A stretch of DNA of 64,000 nt from an uncultured Nitrososphaerota archaeon (lineage in GTDB: Archaea > Thermoproteota > Nitrososphaeria > Nitrososphaerales > Gagatemarchaeaceae). Shown piece after piece: positions 25,553-35,256 of this stretch; within the stretch, counting starts at the first letter, position 1, and every line of letters begins with the position of its first letter. The stretch lies in the NCBI GenBank assembly GCA_963838925.1, contig CAWISW010000003.1, forward strand, positions 192,001 to 256,000, in the 5' to 3' direction. The translations under genes and the position numbers were made by a program. Below the pieces are notes generated by a model. The model ran no database searches. It was not told the origin of the DNA and saw nothing but the letters and a program-made list of their open reading frames with translations.

Positions 25553-26812
25553 TTGCTAAGTACAAAGGCAGACTCTGTAAGATTATACAAGATTCGAAAG
25601 GTCATCTCAGAGCTTTCCGGCAAGGAGGGGCGGGGGACCGAGCTGGTCTCACTGTACATCCCGCCCAAGAAGCCCATCCACGAGGTCATCGCCTACCTTA
25701 GGAACGAGTGGGGCACGGCCGCGAACATAAAGTCCGACACGACCCGCAACCACGTCCAGGACGCCCTGACGAAGACCATGCAGAAGCTCAAGCTCTACAG
25801 GGACACGCCCGACAACGGGCTGGTGATTTTCTGCGGGGCGCTGATGACGAACGGTCCGGGGAGCGAAGTGATACTCCTTCGCGAGATATCGCCCCCCAAG
25901 CCGGTGAAGTCCTTCCTTTACCAGTGCGACGACCACTTCCACATCGAGTACCTCAAGGACATGCTCAGGGAGGAGAAAGTCTACGGAATCCTCGCAATAG
26001 ACGCGAACGACGTGGGGATTGGGATACTCTCCGGCGAGAGCTTCGAGATCGTGAACGTGATGACCTCTGGCATCTCGGGGAAGACGAGGAAGGGAGGGCA
26101 GAGCGCCCGGAGATACGAGCGTGGAAGGGAGATGGAGCTGACCTACTTCTACCACAGGGTCGCCGACCACGCGAACAGGATCTTCATGGAGGAGTACAAG
26201 GTCACGGGGCTGGTGGTCGGCGGCCCCGGCTTCACCAAGGAAGACTTCCTCAAGACGGAGTTCTTGAACTACCAGTTGAGGAAAAACATCGTCGCCATCA
26301 TAGACACGGCGTACTCGGGGCGGGAGGGGGTCAGAGAGCTTGTAGAGAAGGCGGCGGACAAGCTCCAAGACGTGAGGCTGTTCGAGGAGAAGAAGCTCGT
26401 GCAGCGGTTCCTCGGCGAGGTCAACAAGCCGAACGGGGTGGCGGTGTACGGCCTTCCTAGGATAATCCAAGCTTTGGACAAGAGTAACGTGGAGACGATT
26501 CTGGTGGCCGACGACGTCGACACGACAAGGATCGCCGCCACATGCAAGAGCTGCCAGACGGTGAGGGAGAAGTTCGTCCCGAACTCGAAGAAGACCCAGG
26601 CGACGCAGGAGATAACCTCGGAGCCATGCGCGAACTGCGGGTCGAAGGAGTTCGTGGTCGATGAGACCGACATCGTCGACCTCCTCGAGGAGAGGGCGGT
26701 ACAGGTGGGCGCGAAGGTCGAGGTGATCTCCTCCGGGACAGAGGAGGGGGCCATGCTCAAGTCCTTCGGCGGGGTCGCCGCCTTCCTGAGATACAGACCC
26801 GTCAGCGCTTAG
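25553..26812 (+). CDS. prf1: Peptide chain release factor aRF1
   Basis: GTELVSLYIPP, NIKS, YxCD, GGQS; Zn-ribbon insertion in the C domain. Confidence 0.97.
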   Translation: MLSTKADSVRLYKIRKVISELSGKEGRGTELVSLYIPPKKPIHEVIAYLRNEWGTAANIKSDTTRNHVQDALTKTMQKLKLYRDTPDNGLVIFCGALMTNGPGSEVILLREISPPKPVKSFLYQCDDHFHIEYLKDMLREEKVYGILAIDANDVGIGILSGESFEIVNVMTSGISGKTRKGGQSARRYERGREMELTYFYHRVADHANRIFMEEYKVTGLVVGGPGFTKEDFLKTEFLNYQLRKNIVAIIDTAYSGREGVRELVEKAADKLQDVRLFEEKKLVQRFLGEVNKPNGVAVYGLPRIIQALDKSNVETILVADDVDTTRIAATCKSCQTVREKFVPNSKKTQATQEITSEPCANCGSKEFVVDETDIVDLLEERAVQVGAKVEVISSGTEEGAMLKSFGGVAAFLRYRPVSA

Positions 26813-26903
26813 GCCTGCGCCTCTAGCATACCCTTAACTACCGGAAGCGCCTTTTTTGCGAAATGCAGTCGAACTAGGCTGTAGACAGAGAACTGATCAC
26901 AAG

Positions 26904-28121
26904 ATGGTTATTCGTATAGGCCTCATAGGAAAAACCAACGCGGGAAAGACCACTCTCTTCAACTCGATGACGCTGAAGGCGGGGGAAGTCTCGAACTACC
27001 CCTTCACCACCAAGTCCGCGGACACGGGGGTCGGGCAGGCCGTCACCCTGTGCGTCCACAAGGAGTTCAACGTCCAAGACAACCCCAAGAACTCAAAGTG
27101 CGAGGAGGGGTGGCGTTTCATCCCCATCGAGGTGACCGACCTTCCCGGGCTCATCAAGGGGGCCTGGATGGGGAAGGGGCTCGGGAACCAGTTCCTCTCG
27201 GTGGCTGCCCAGTCGGACGCGCTGCTGCACGTAGTCGACGCCTCAGGGAGCGTGGACAAGGACGGGAAGATCGCCGAGCCCGGCACGGGAGACCCGCTCG
27301 CCGACCTGGCCGACGTCGAGCTCGAGCTGGTCCTGTGGTACACCAAGCTCTTCTCGAGCAACCTGGTGAAGATATCAAAGGCCGCGAAGCTCCCGGGGAT
27401 CGGCCTTCCCGAAGCCATCGCGGAGGTCCTCCAAGGTATAGGGGTGAAGCGCGAGCACGTGACTTACGCGCTCAACGAGGCGATGCTCCAAGAGAAGGAC
27501 GTGGACAGCTGGAACGAGCAGGAGGTCCAGAACTTCTGCTGGATCCTTCGCGACATCTCCAAGCCGACGCTGATCATCGCGAACAAGATGGACCTCCCCA
27601 ACGCTGCGGAGAACTTCAAGGCCCTCAGGGAGAAGTACAAGGACCTGATGGTCGTCCCGACGAGCGGCGAGGCGGAGCTCTCCTTGCGAAGGGCGGAGGT
27701 CAAGGGGTTGATAAAATACGTGCCCGGCGAGGAGCGGTTCGACGTTGTCAGGCCCCAGGAGCTGACCGACGCGCAGAAGAACGCCCTCTCCTACATCAGG
27801 AGGAAGGTCTTCGGCGAGTACCTCAGGACGGGCGTCCAGTTCGGCCTCAACATCGCGATATTCAAGCTCCTGAAGATGAACGCGGTCTACCCGGTGGCAG
27901 ACGCCGAGAAGCTGACCGACAAGCACGGGAACGTACTACCTGACGTCTACCTTCTGCCCGCGGGCTCCACGGTGGAGGACCTCGCCAAGGCAGTCCACAC
28001 AGACCTGTTCAAGGGCCTGCTCTACGGCATCGACGCGAGGACCGCGCTCCACCTCCCAGTGGACTACGTCCTCAGGGACAGGGACGTCCTCTCGATGGTG
28101 TCGACGGCGAAGAGGGGCTGA
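26904..28121 (+). CDS. ychF: Obg-family YchF-related GTPase/ATPase with TGS domain
   Basis: GKTNAGKTT, NYPFTT, DLPGLIKGA..GLGNQFL, ANKMD. Confidence 0.9.
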   Translation: MVIRIGLIGKTNAGKTTLFNSMTLKAGEVSNYPFTTKSADTGVGQAVTLCVHKEFNVQDNPKNSKCEEGWRFIPIEVTDLPGLIKGAWMGKGLGNQFLSVAAQSDALLHVVDASGSVDKDGKIAEPGTGDPLADLADVELELVLWYTKLFSSNLVKISKAAKLPGIGLPEAIAEVLQGIGVKREHVTYALNEAMLQEKDVDSWNEQEVQNFCWILRDISKPTLIIANKMDLPNAAENFKALREKYKDLMVVPTSGEAELSLRRAEVKGLIKYVPGEERFDVVRPQELTDAQKNALSYIRRKVFGEYLRTGVQFGLNIAIFKLLKMNAVYPVADAEKLTDKHGNVLPDVYLLPAGSTVEDLAKAVHTDLFKGLLYGIDARTALHLPVDYVLRDRDVLSMVSTAKRG

Positions 28122-28184
28122 AGGCAGACAGTCTAATCCGCTAGAACCGTTATATCAATCCGGGTTGAAGCCCGAGGCAGGCGG

Positions 28185-28766
28185 GTGAGTGGGCCTCCCC
28201 CCGTTCCGCCTCTAGAAACCCCGGGTCGGAGGAGAGAAGAGAGCATAAACAAGACAGAGAACAAGGCGGCGCGCAGTTCAAGGAGGAGCGTCCTCATAGC
28301 GACGGCAGCGGTCTACGCGGCGATGTATGTCGTGCTGGCCTTGGCGTTCAACCCCATCAGCTACGGGGCGATCAATCTGCGGGTGGCGAACATCCTCATT
28401 GGCCTCGTCCCCATAATCGGATGGCCCGCGGTCCTTGGGCAGGCGTTGGGGGTCTTCATAGCCAACCAGCCTGCCCTCGGCGACCCTCTCGGCCCAATCG
28501 ACCTCGTCAACGTCATCCCCTCGTTCCTGTTCTCGTTTCTGCTGTGGAAGCTTCGGAACACGAGCGTCTTCCTGGGGCTGACGCTTTACTCTATAGCGCT
28601 TGGCATCACGGTAAGCTTCGCCCTGAACTACGCGTTCAACCTGCCGCTGTCGGTGGAGATTCCTCAGGTCACGGCCGGAGTATTCATAGCGACGGCGGTG
28701 CTCGGCTATCTCCTCTTCAGGTCCGTGAAGAGGCTGGGCGTGCTGCAGAGGATGTTCCCCAACTGA
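28185..28766 (+). CDS. queT: QueT-family transporter (start uncertain)
   Basis: AAVYAAMYV..PISYGAINLRVAN..GVFIAN..LGPID; directly upstream of queC. Confidence 0.85.
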   Translation: MSGPPPVPPLETPGRRREESINKTENKAARSSRRSVLIATAAVYAAMYVVLALAFNPISYGAINLRVANILIGLVPIIGWPAVLGQALGVFIANQPALGDPLGPIDLVNVIPSFLFSFLLWKLRNTSVFLGLTLYSIALGITVSFALNYAFNLPLSVEIPQVTAGVFIATAVLGYLLFRSVKRLGVLQRMFPN

Positions 28767-28799
28767 TATGAACCCGAACCCGAGGGGGAGGACAAGCAC

Positions 28800-29549
28800 T
28801 TGAGCAAAGACAGGAGCGCGATTTGCTGCATCTCGGGAGGAGCGGATTCAGTGACCATGGCGTACTACGTGAAGAAGGTCATCAAGCCCGAGCACCAGCT
28901 ACTGATATTCTGCAACTACGGGCAGCGGACGTACGCCTATGAGGAGTTCTGCATCAAGGAGATATCGCGGCGGCTGAAGGCCCCTCTCAAGCTCATCGAC
29001 ATGAGATGGCTCGGCGAGATAAGCACCTCCCTGCTCACGCACGCCGAGAAGGAGATCCCGGAGACTAAGAACGAGGACCTCTGGGTCCCTGAGAAGGCGA
29101 GGGACAGGATTCTGAAGTGGTGGGACCCGTGCAGGAACGCGATACTGCTGCTCGTCGGGCTTGCCCACGCTGAGTCGTTCTACATCTCGACCCAGGAGCG
29201 GTTCGACGTCTACATCGGGATACGCAGGGAGACGCCGGTGGCGATGAAGGACAACACGCCTGAGTTCCTCGAGGAGATTAACAGGCTGGGCGAGCAGGCG
29301 ACCCACCACGGAGGATACAGGATGCTCGCCCCTCTCATCACCTACGACAAGGACAAGGTGGTGAAACTCGGTGACGAGCTTGGCGTCCCTTGGCAGTACA
29401 CGTACAGCTGTTACGCAGGTTACGGCTTCAGGACCGTCGCGGGCAAGAAGCTGCCGGTTCATTGCGGAACCTGTTCAAACTGCAAAAGACGGAAGCTCGC
29501 CTTCGCCGACAGCGGCGTGAAAGACCCCTCTATCTACGCGAAACCCTAG
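28800..29549 (+). CDS. queC: 7-cyano-7-deazaguanine synthase (archaeosine pathway)
   Basis: SGGADS, NYGQR, TYSCY, HCGTCSNCKRR. Confidence 0.92.
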   Translation: MSKDRSAICCISGGADSVTMAYYVKKVIKPEHQLLIFCNYGQRTYAYEEFCIKEISRRLKAPLKLIDMRWLGEISTSLLTHAEKEIPETKNEDLWVPEKARDRILKWWDPCRNAILLLVGLAHAESFYISTQERFDVYIGIRRETPVAMKDNTPEFLEEINRLGEQATHHGGYRMLAPLITYDKDKVVKLGDELGVPWQYTYSCYAGYGFRTVAGKKLPVHCGTCSNCKRRKLAFADSGVKDPSIYAKP

Positions 29550-29626
29550 GGGCGCGACAGGCGGCCCACCGCTCTGGAGAAGCAGGCCCAAAACCGGGGA
29601 CAACCTAAATACCCTCCCAGTGTGGA

Positions 29627-32047
29627 GTGAATCGAGTTTTGGAGAACCAAGGGGAGCAACCGCGGCCCACAGCCCCCGCGAATGCAGCCCCGCCCAACAG
29701 GCTAGAGTCGACAAGCTGGAACCCCGGCCTCGAGGAGGAGGTTAGAAGGATATGGGGAATTGAAGATATTTTCAAGTTCAGGCCCAGCGCTGACAAAAAG
29801 CGCAACTTTGTGATGGACACCCCTCCGCCGTACCCCTCAGGGAAGCCCTGGCACCCAGGAGCCCTGACCCAGTACTCTCAGATAGACATGGTCGCGAGGG
29901 CAGCGAGGATGCGGGGCTACAACGTCCTCTACCCAATCGGGATAGACAGGAACGGCCTCCCCGTGGAGATAGCGACGGAGCGGAAGTACAGGATTCAGAT
30001 GAGGAAGACCCCGCGGGACGAGTTCATCGGGCTCTGCAAGCATGCGCTCGACGACATCGAGGCGTACATGGTCGACCTTCTCAAGAAGCTGGGAGTCTCC
30101 GGGGATTTCAAGGAGAAGTACCGCACGGACTCCGAGGAGTACAGGACCCTGACCCAGTGGTCTTTCATCGAGCTTTGGAACAAGGGGCTCATACACATAG
30201 CGACGAGGCCCAACAACTACTGCACCGACTGCGGGACGACGATAGCCGACGCAGAGATCGAATACGAGGACCTTCCCGCGTACCTCGTCACGAACAAGTT
30301 CACCGTCAAGGAGACGGGCGAGGAGATCCAAGTCACCACGACCAGGCCTGAGCTCCTGTCCGCTTGCCAGCTGGTGGTGGTCAACCCAGCCGACGAGCGT
30401 TACAGGAAGATAGTCGGGAAGACCGCGGTCGTCCCAATCTACGGCAAGGAGGTGCCCATCAAGACGCACAAGAGCGTCGACATCGAGTTCGGCACGGGGG
30501 TCCTCATGGTCTGTAGCTACGGCGACTACAACGACGTGCAGCTCTTCAGGCAGCTAGGGCTCAAGGAGATTCAGGCGATTGACATGGAGGGGAAGATGAC
30601 GGCCGTCACCGGCAAGTACCTGGGGATGGCGATTAAGGACGCCCGCTCCCAGATCATCCAGGACCTGCAGGACGCCAAGATAGCGGTGAAGGTCGAGCAA
30701 GTGCAGCATCGGACGCCCCTGTGCGAGAGGAGCCACACGCCGATTGAGATAATACCGATGGAGGAGTTCTACCTAAAGCAGCTCCAGTTCGGTCCGACTC
30801 TGAAGAAGCTCGCGAAGGAGATCAAGTTCCATCCGCCGATGCACAGGCAGATACTATTCGACTGGATCGACTCTCTGACGACCGATTACCCGATTTCGCG
30901 CAGAAGATATTATGCGACGGAGATCCCGATCTGGTACTGCACCAAGTGCGAGACGCCGCACCTTCCAAAGGCGGGCAAGTACTACAGGCCCTGGAAGGAC
31001 GCGGCCCCGTTCAGGAAGTGCTCGAAGTGCGCCAACACGAAGTTCATCGGCGAGACGCGCACCTTCGACACCTGGATGGACTCGAGCATATCGGCGCTCT
31101 ATGTCACCAAGATAACGAAGAACCAGAAGTTCTTCAAGGCCACCTACCCGACGACGCTGAGGCTGCAGGGCAAGGACATCGTTAGGACCTGGCTGTACTA
31201 CTCGCTCCTGAGGTGCTACCTCCTGACCGGGAAGGCGCCGTGGAAGGAGGCATGGGTGGGAGGGCTAGGGCAGGACGCGCAGGGGAGGGCGATGCGCAAG
31301 AGCCTGGGCAACTTCATGGACCCCGAGCCGCTGCTCCAAAAGTACGGCACCGACACTTTCCGCTTCTGGGGCGCCGCTGAGGCGAACCAAGGCTACGACT
31401 TCAGGCTCTCGGAGGACAGGGTCGCGGGCGCGGGGAAGTTCCTCACCAAGCTCTGGAACACGGCCCGCTTCATCGCGTCGTTCCCCGAGCCCAAGAGCGC
31501 GAAGCTGACGCCCACCGACACCTGGATACTCTCTGAGCTGAACAGCCTCATCCACGAGTGCGTAGCTGGATACGAGGAGGGTAACGGGTTCGTCCCCGCC
31601 ACGAAGATCAGGGAGTTCGTGTGGAACGTCTTCGCCGCTCACTACCTCGAGATGGTCAAGGGTCGCGCGTACGGGGACGGCGTGTCAAAGGAGCAGTGCG
31701 AGGCGGCCAGGTTCACGCTTCACAAGGTGATGAAATCCGTCCTGCTGCTCATGGCGCCCATCACGCCGCACATGACCGACCACATCTGGAGGAGGCTCTA
31801 CGGGCAGCGGAGTATACACTTGGAGAGGTTCCCCCAGGCCGACAAGAGCAGGGCCCCCAAGGGCGTAGGCCCGGCGATAATCAAGTTCGACGAGACCATC
31901 TGGAAGACGAAGCGCGACAAGGGCGTGAGCCTGAGGGAGCCGGTCGAGGCGAAGGTCCCTGCGAAGCTGAAGCCCTACCTCGCAGACCTGGGGAGGATGC
32001 ACCACATACAGAAGCCCCAAAGGGCTGTCCGGGCAGCCAAGAACTGA
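29627..32047 (+). CDS. valS: Valine--tRNA ligase
   Basis: DTPPPYPSG, TTRPEL, FGTG, ISRRRYYATEIP, DTWMDSS, QGKDI. Confidence 0.95.
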   Translation: MNRVLENQGEQPRPTAPANAAPPNRLESTSWNPGLEEEVRRIWGIEDIFKFRPSADKKRNFVMDTPPPYPSGKPWHPGALTQYSQIDMVARAARMRGYNVLYPIGIDRNGLPVEIATERKYRIQMRKTPRDEFIGLCKHALDDIEAYMVDLLKKLGVSGDFKEKYRTDSEEYRTLTQWSFIELWNKGLIHIATRPNNYCTDCGTTIADAEIEYEDLPAYLVTNKFTVKETGEEIQVTTTRPELLSACQLVVVNPADERYRKIVGKTAVVPIYGKEVPIKTHKSVDIEFGTGVLMVCSYGDYNDVQLFRQLGLKEIQAIDMEGKMTAVTGKYLGMAIKDARSQIIQDLQDAKIAVKVEQVQHRTPLCERSHTPIEIIPMEEFYLKQLQFGPTLKKLAKEIKFHPPMHRQILFDWIDSLTTDYPISRRRYYATEIPIWYCTKCETPHLPKAGKYYRPWKDAAPFRKCSKCANTKFIGETRTFDTWMDSSISALYVTKITKNQKFFKATYPTTLRLQGKDIVRTWLYYSLLRCYLLTGKAPWKEAWVGGLGQDAQGRAMRKSLGNFMDPEPLLQKYGTDTFRFWGAAEANQGYDFRLSEDRVAGAGKFLTKLWNTARFIASFPEPKSAKLTPTDTWILSELNSLIHECVAGYEEGNGFVPATKIREFVWNVFAAHYLEMVKGRAYGDGVSKEQCEAARFTLHKVMKSVLLLMAPITPHMTDHIWRRLYGQRSIHLERFPQADKSRAPKGVGPAIIKFDETIWKTKRDKGVSLREPVEAKVPAKLKPYLADLGRMHHIQKPQRAVRAAKN

Positions 32048-32857
32048 TTACTCGAAGATCCGAGACAGGGCCTCATAGTCGTCGGGCGAAATCCTAGTGC
32101 TGACCGCGGCCGCGTTCTTCTCGACGTGCTCCGCCTTCGCCGCCTTGGGTATCGCGACCACCGCCTCCTTGTAGGTGACCCAGTTCAGCATCAGCTGGGC
32201 AGGGGTCATCGCGTACTTGTCGAGGAGGGCCTGCGGGATTCTTCCGGTCGGGAGCTTTCCTGTGTCGAGGGGGCTGTAGGCGATGACCGTCAGCTTCTCC
32301 TTCTCGCAAAACGGGAGGAGTTCGGCCTCGATGGAGCGTCTGGTGAGGCTGTACCTCACCTGGTTTGAGACGATTTCCGACCTCGGCAATGCTTCCCTGG
32401 CCTTGAGCGTCTGGGCGACAGAGAAGTTGCTGACGCCTATGTAGCGTATCTTCCCGTGGGCGACGAGCTCCTCCATGGCCTTCATGGTCTCCTTGATTGG
32501 GACCTGGTCGCTCGGCCAGTGCAACTGGTAGAGGTCGATGTGCTCGACTCCGAGCCGCCTTATGCTGTTCTCGCACGAGCCCAGGACGTCTTCGTACCCG
32601 AAGTGCTCCGGCGACACCTTCGAGGCGATGAACACGTCGTCCCTTTTCCCCTTGATCGCCTGCCCGACGAGTTTCTCAGCGTTGCCGTAGCCGTACATCT
32701 CTGCCGAGTCAATCAGGGTCATTCCGAGTTCGATGCCCCTGCGTAGAGCCTGAATCTCGAGGGCGCGCCTCTCGTCTTGGGCGTCGCCAATCTCCCACGT
32801 TCCCATGCCAAGCACCGGTATCTTCTCCCTCGTCCTGCCCAGCTCGCGCTTCTCCAA
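32048..32857 (-). CDS. Aldo/keto reductase
   Basis: LGMGTW, IDSAEMYG, IDLYQLHWP, IGVSNF, AYSPL, AIPK; start trimmed from the ORF-track call. Confidence 0.93.
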   Translation of the reverse strand: MEKRELGRTREKIPVLGMGTWEIGDAQDERRALEIQALRRGIELGMTLIDSAEMYGYGNAEKLVGQAIKGKRDDVFIASKVSPEHFGYEDVLGSCENSIRRLGVEHIDLYQLHWPSDQVPIKETMKAMEELVAHGKIRYIGVSNFSVAQTLKAREALPRSEIVSNQVRYSLTRRSIEAELLPFCEKEKLTVIAYSPLDTGKLPTGRIPQALLDKYAMTPAQLMLNWVTYKEAVVAIPKAAKAEHVEKNAAAVSTRISPDDYEALSRIFE

Positions 32858-32932
32858 ACGTCGACGCCGAGCAGCCTTGGAGGGCCGGTGTGTATTATGT
32901 GTGAGTCGCAGGCGGGCAAAGCTTAAAGGAAA

Positions 32933-33736
32933 TTGACCGAGCTTCGAACCGTGGAACCTGCGCGACCAAGCCCCGTAGAAGAGGCGATCAGGGTCTTGGG
33001 ACGGGCCGAGGGCAACGGGGTCGTCTTGCGGATGCTTGGAGGCGTCGCGTTCTACCTCCGGTGCCCGTCCGCGCGTAGCGGCAGCCTTGCGAGGAGCTAC
33101 GGCGACCTCGACTTCATCGGCCACGCGCGGCAGGTGACCGAAATCAAGCGCGTCTTTAGCGAATCGGGCTACCTCCCCCGGGAGAGGTTCAACGCCTTGC
33201 ACGGCAGCCGAAGGCTCGGCTTCACCGACTCTGCCCACGAGAAGCGGGTCGATGTGTTCCTCGACGTCTTCGAGATGTGCCACAAGTTCGACCTGAGGGA
33301 CAGGATGGAAATCGACCGCCAGACCATTCCTCTAGCAGACCTCCTGGCTACGAAGCTCCAGATCATCCAGACGAACGAGAAGGATTTCGGAGACATGATT
33401 TGTCTATTAGTGGACCACGAGGTTGGGGGCACCGACCTCCGGGACACTGTCAACGGAGAGTATCTCGCGAGGCTCTGCGGCGAAGACTGGGGCATCTACA
33501 AGACGTTCACAATGAAGCTGGCCATGCTGGCCGTCGCCGTCGAGAAGTGGGAACTGAAGGAGCCTGAAAGAGAGTTGGTCGTCAAGAGGGTTGGGCAGCT
33601 AAGCGCGGCAATAGAGAGGGCCCCCAAGAGCATCGCTTGGAAGATGCGCGCGGCCATAGGGGAGAGGGTCAGGTGGTACGAGCTCCCGGAGGAGGACGCG
33701 GGCTTGGTCGAACAGGTCCAGGCGAGAGAGAGCTGA
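32933..33736 (+). CDS. Pol-beta-fold nucleotidyltransferase-like protein
   Basis: MLGGVAF..RSYGDLDF..VDVF..DLLATKLQ. Confidence 0.7.
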   Translation: MTELRTVEPARPSPVEEAIRVLGRAEGNGVVLRMLGGVAFYLRCPSARSGSLARSYGDLDFIGHARQVTEIKRVFSESGYLPRERFNALHGSRRLGFTDSAHEKRVDVFLDVFEMCHKFDLRDRMEIDRQTIPLADLLATKLQIIQTNEKDFGDMICLLVDHEVGGTDLRDTVNGEYLARLCGEDWGIYKTFTMKLAMLAVAVEKWELKEPERELVVKRVGQLSAAIERAPKSIAWKMRAAIGERVRWYELPEEDAGLVEQVQARES

Positions 33737-33777
33737 ATGCGTGAGGCAGTCGGTAGCTTCACGCGGAGATTGAGAGG

Positions 33778-34728
33778 ATGAGGACGAAGGTATTCTTCGT
33801 CAGCGACGTGCACGGCTCCGACCGCTGCTTCAGGAAGTTTGTTAACGCGGGAAAGTTCTACGACGCAGATGTGCTAATCTTGGGAGGAGACGTGACGGGA
33901 AAGGCGATAGTCCCGATGGTGAGGATGCCGGACGGTACGGTCAAGGTCAGAGAGGGAAACAACGACCGCTTGCTGACCTCCCCGTCAGAAATCGAGGGGC
34001 TCAAGAGGAGGGCCGGCGATGCAGGCAACTATCCGTATGAGGCGAGTCCCAAGGAGTTCGAGGAGCTCGCGGCCAAACCGGACCTCGTCGTCGGGCTCTT
34101 CAAGAGACTCATGCTTGAAAGCCTCCGGTCCTGGATTGCCCTCGCGGACGAAAGGCTTGCCGGTACCGGAATCAAGTGTTACATGTCGCCTGGAAACGAC
34201 GACTACTTCGAGATCGACGAAGTGCTGAGTTCGGGGAAGAGCGTGACCAATCCCGAGGGGGAGGTCGTCGAGATAGACGGTCAGCACGAGATGATCACAC
34301 TCGGATACACGAACCCTACGCCGTGGCACAGCCCGAGGGAGGTGGACGAGGGCGTGCTGCAGAAGAAGATCGACGGCATGGCCGAGAGGGTTCGTGAGAT
34401 GAAGAGCGCCGTGTTCAACCTCCACGTCCCTCCCATTGGGACGCCCATCGACCAGGCGCCGAAGCTCGATGACAACCTGAAGCCCGTGGTCTCTGGAGGA
34501 GAGGTCGTGATGGCCTCCGCGGGGAGCTCGGCCGTGCGCGACAGCATCGAGAAATATCAGCCACTAGTCGGCCTGCACGGACACATCCACGAGTCGAGGG
34601 GCATGGTGAGGATTGGAAGGACGATGTGTTTCAATCCTGGCAGCGAATATGCTTCGGGGATTCTCAAAGGGGTCCTGTGCGAGCTCGATGGCGACGCCGT
34701 CCGGTCGTACTTGCTGACTTCTGGATAG
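33778..34728 (+). CDS. Calcineurin-like metallophosphoesterase (Icc-related)
   Basis: SDVHG, GGD, PGNDD, HVPP, LHGHIHE, NPGS. Confidence 0.92.
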   Translation: MRTKVFFVSDVHGSDRCFRKFVNAGKFYDADVLILGGDVTGKAIVPMVRMPDGTVKVREGNNDRLLTSPSEIEGLKRRAGDAGNYPYEASPKEFEELAAKPDLVVGLFKRLMLESLRSWIALADERLAGTGIKCYMSPGNDDYFEIDEVLSSGKSVTNPEGEVVEIDGQHEMITLGYTNPTPWHSPREVDEGVLQKKIDGMAERVREMKSAVFNLHVPPIGTPIDQAPKLDDNLKPVVSGGEVVMASAGSSAVRDSIEKYQPLVGLHGHIHESRGMVRIGRTMCFNPGSEYASGILKGVLCELDGDAVRSYLLTSG

Positions 34729-34780
34729 CCGCCTCTCACAAACAAAGGAGATAAACCGACGCTGCAGGAGGGAAACTCGC

Positions 34781-34854
34781 GCCACGGTAGCTCAGCCTGG
34801 TAGAGCAGCTGCCTTGTAAGCAGCAGGTCGAGGGATCAAATCCCTCCCGTGGCT
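34781..34854 (+). tRNA. tRNA-Thr(UGU), no intron
   Basis: GCCACGG/CCGUGGC acceptor stem; GCUGC-CUUGUAA-GCAGC. Confidence 0.97.
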
Positions 34855-35246
34855 CTCACCCTCCTCAACTCCCGCGAGTGAAGCACGTCGGACGCGAGGA
34901 GCTTCATGAAGACGTCGTACTCTTCGTCGTCGAACCTGACCTCTCGGACCAGCCCGGACTCCTCGGCGATCTTGTAGCTCAGGATATGATAGCAGAACTT
35001 GACCTTCGTGCTCAGGACGCCGTAGAAGTAGGACTCGCACGAGCAGAACGACTTGTCCGGGTCGATGAACTCGTCCGCGTTGCTCCCGACGACGGTGTAG
35101 ACGTATCTGCCGCTCGGAAGGAAGGTGTGCCTCTTCACGCAGCCCCCGAACGCGGCCTCCACTGCCTTCTCGAACTGGCTCTGGCCGTCGGCGTACTTTG
35201 TGAAGCGTGAGGCGAGCTCCTCCTTCGATTCGATGGGCTTGGGCAT
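34836..35246 (-). CDS. SWIM zinc-finger protein
   Basis: FCSCESY..CYHILS. Confidence 0.8.
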   Translation of the reverse strand: MPKPIESKEELASRFTKYADGQSQFEKAVEAAFGGCVKRHTFLPSGRYVYTVVGSNADEFIDPDKSFCSCESYFYGVLSTKVKFCYHILSYKIAEESGLVREVRFDDEEYDVFMKLLASDVLHSRELRRVRATGGI

Positions 35247-35256
35247 CTTCTCGCCC

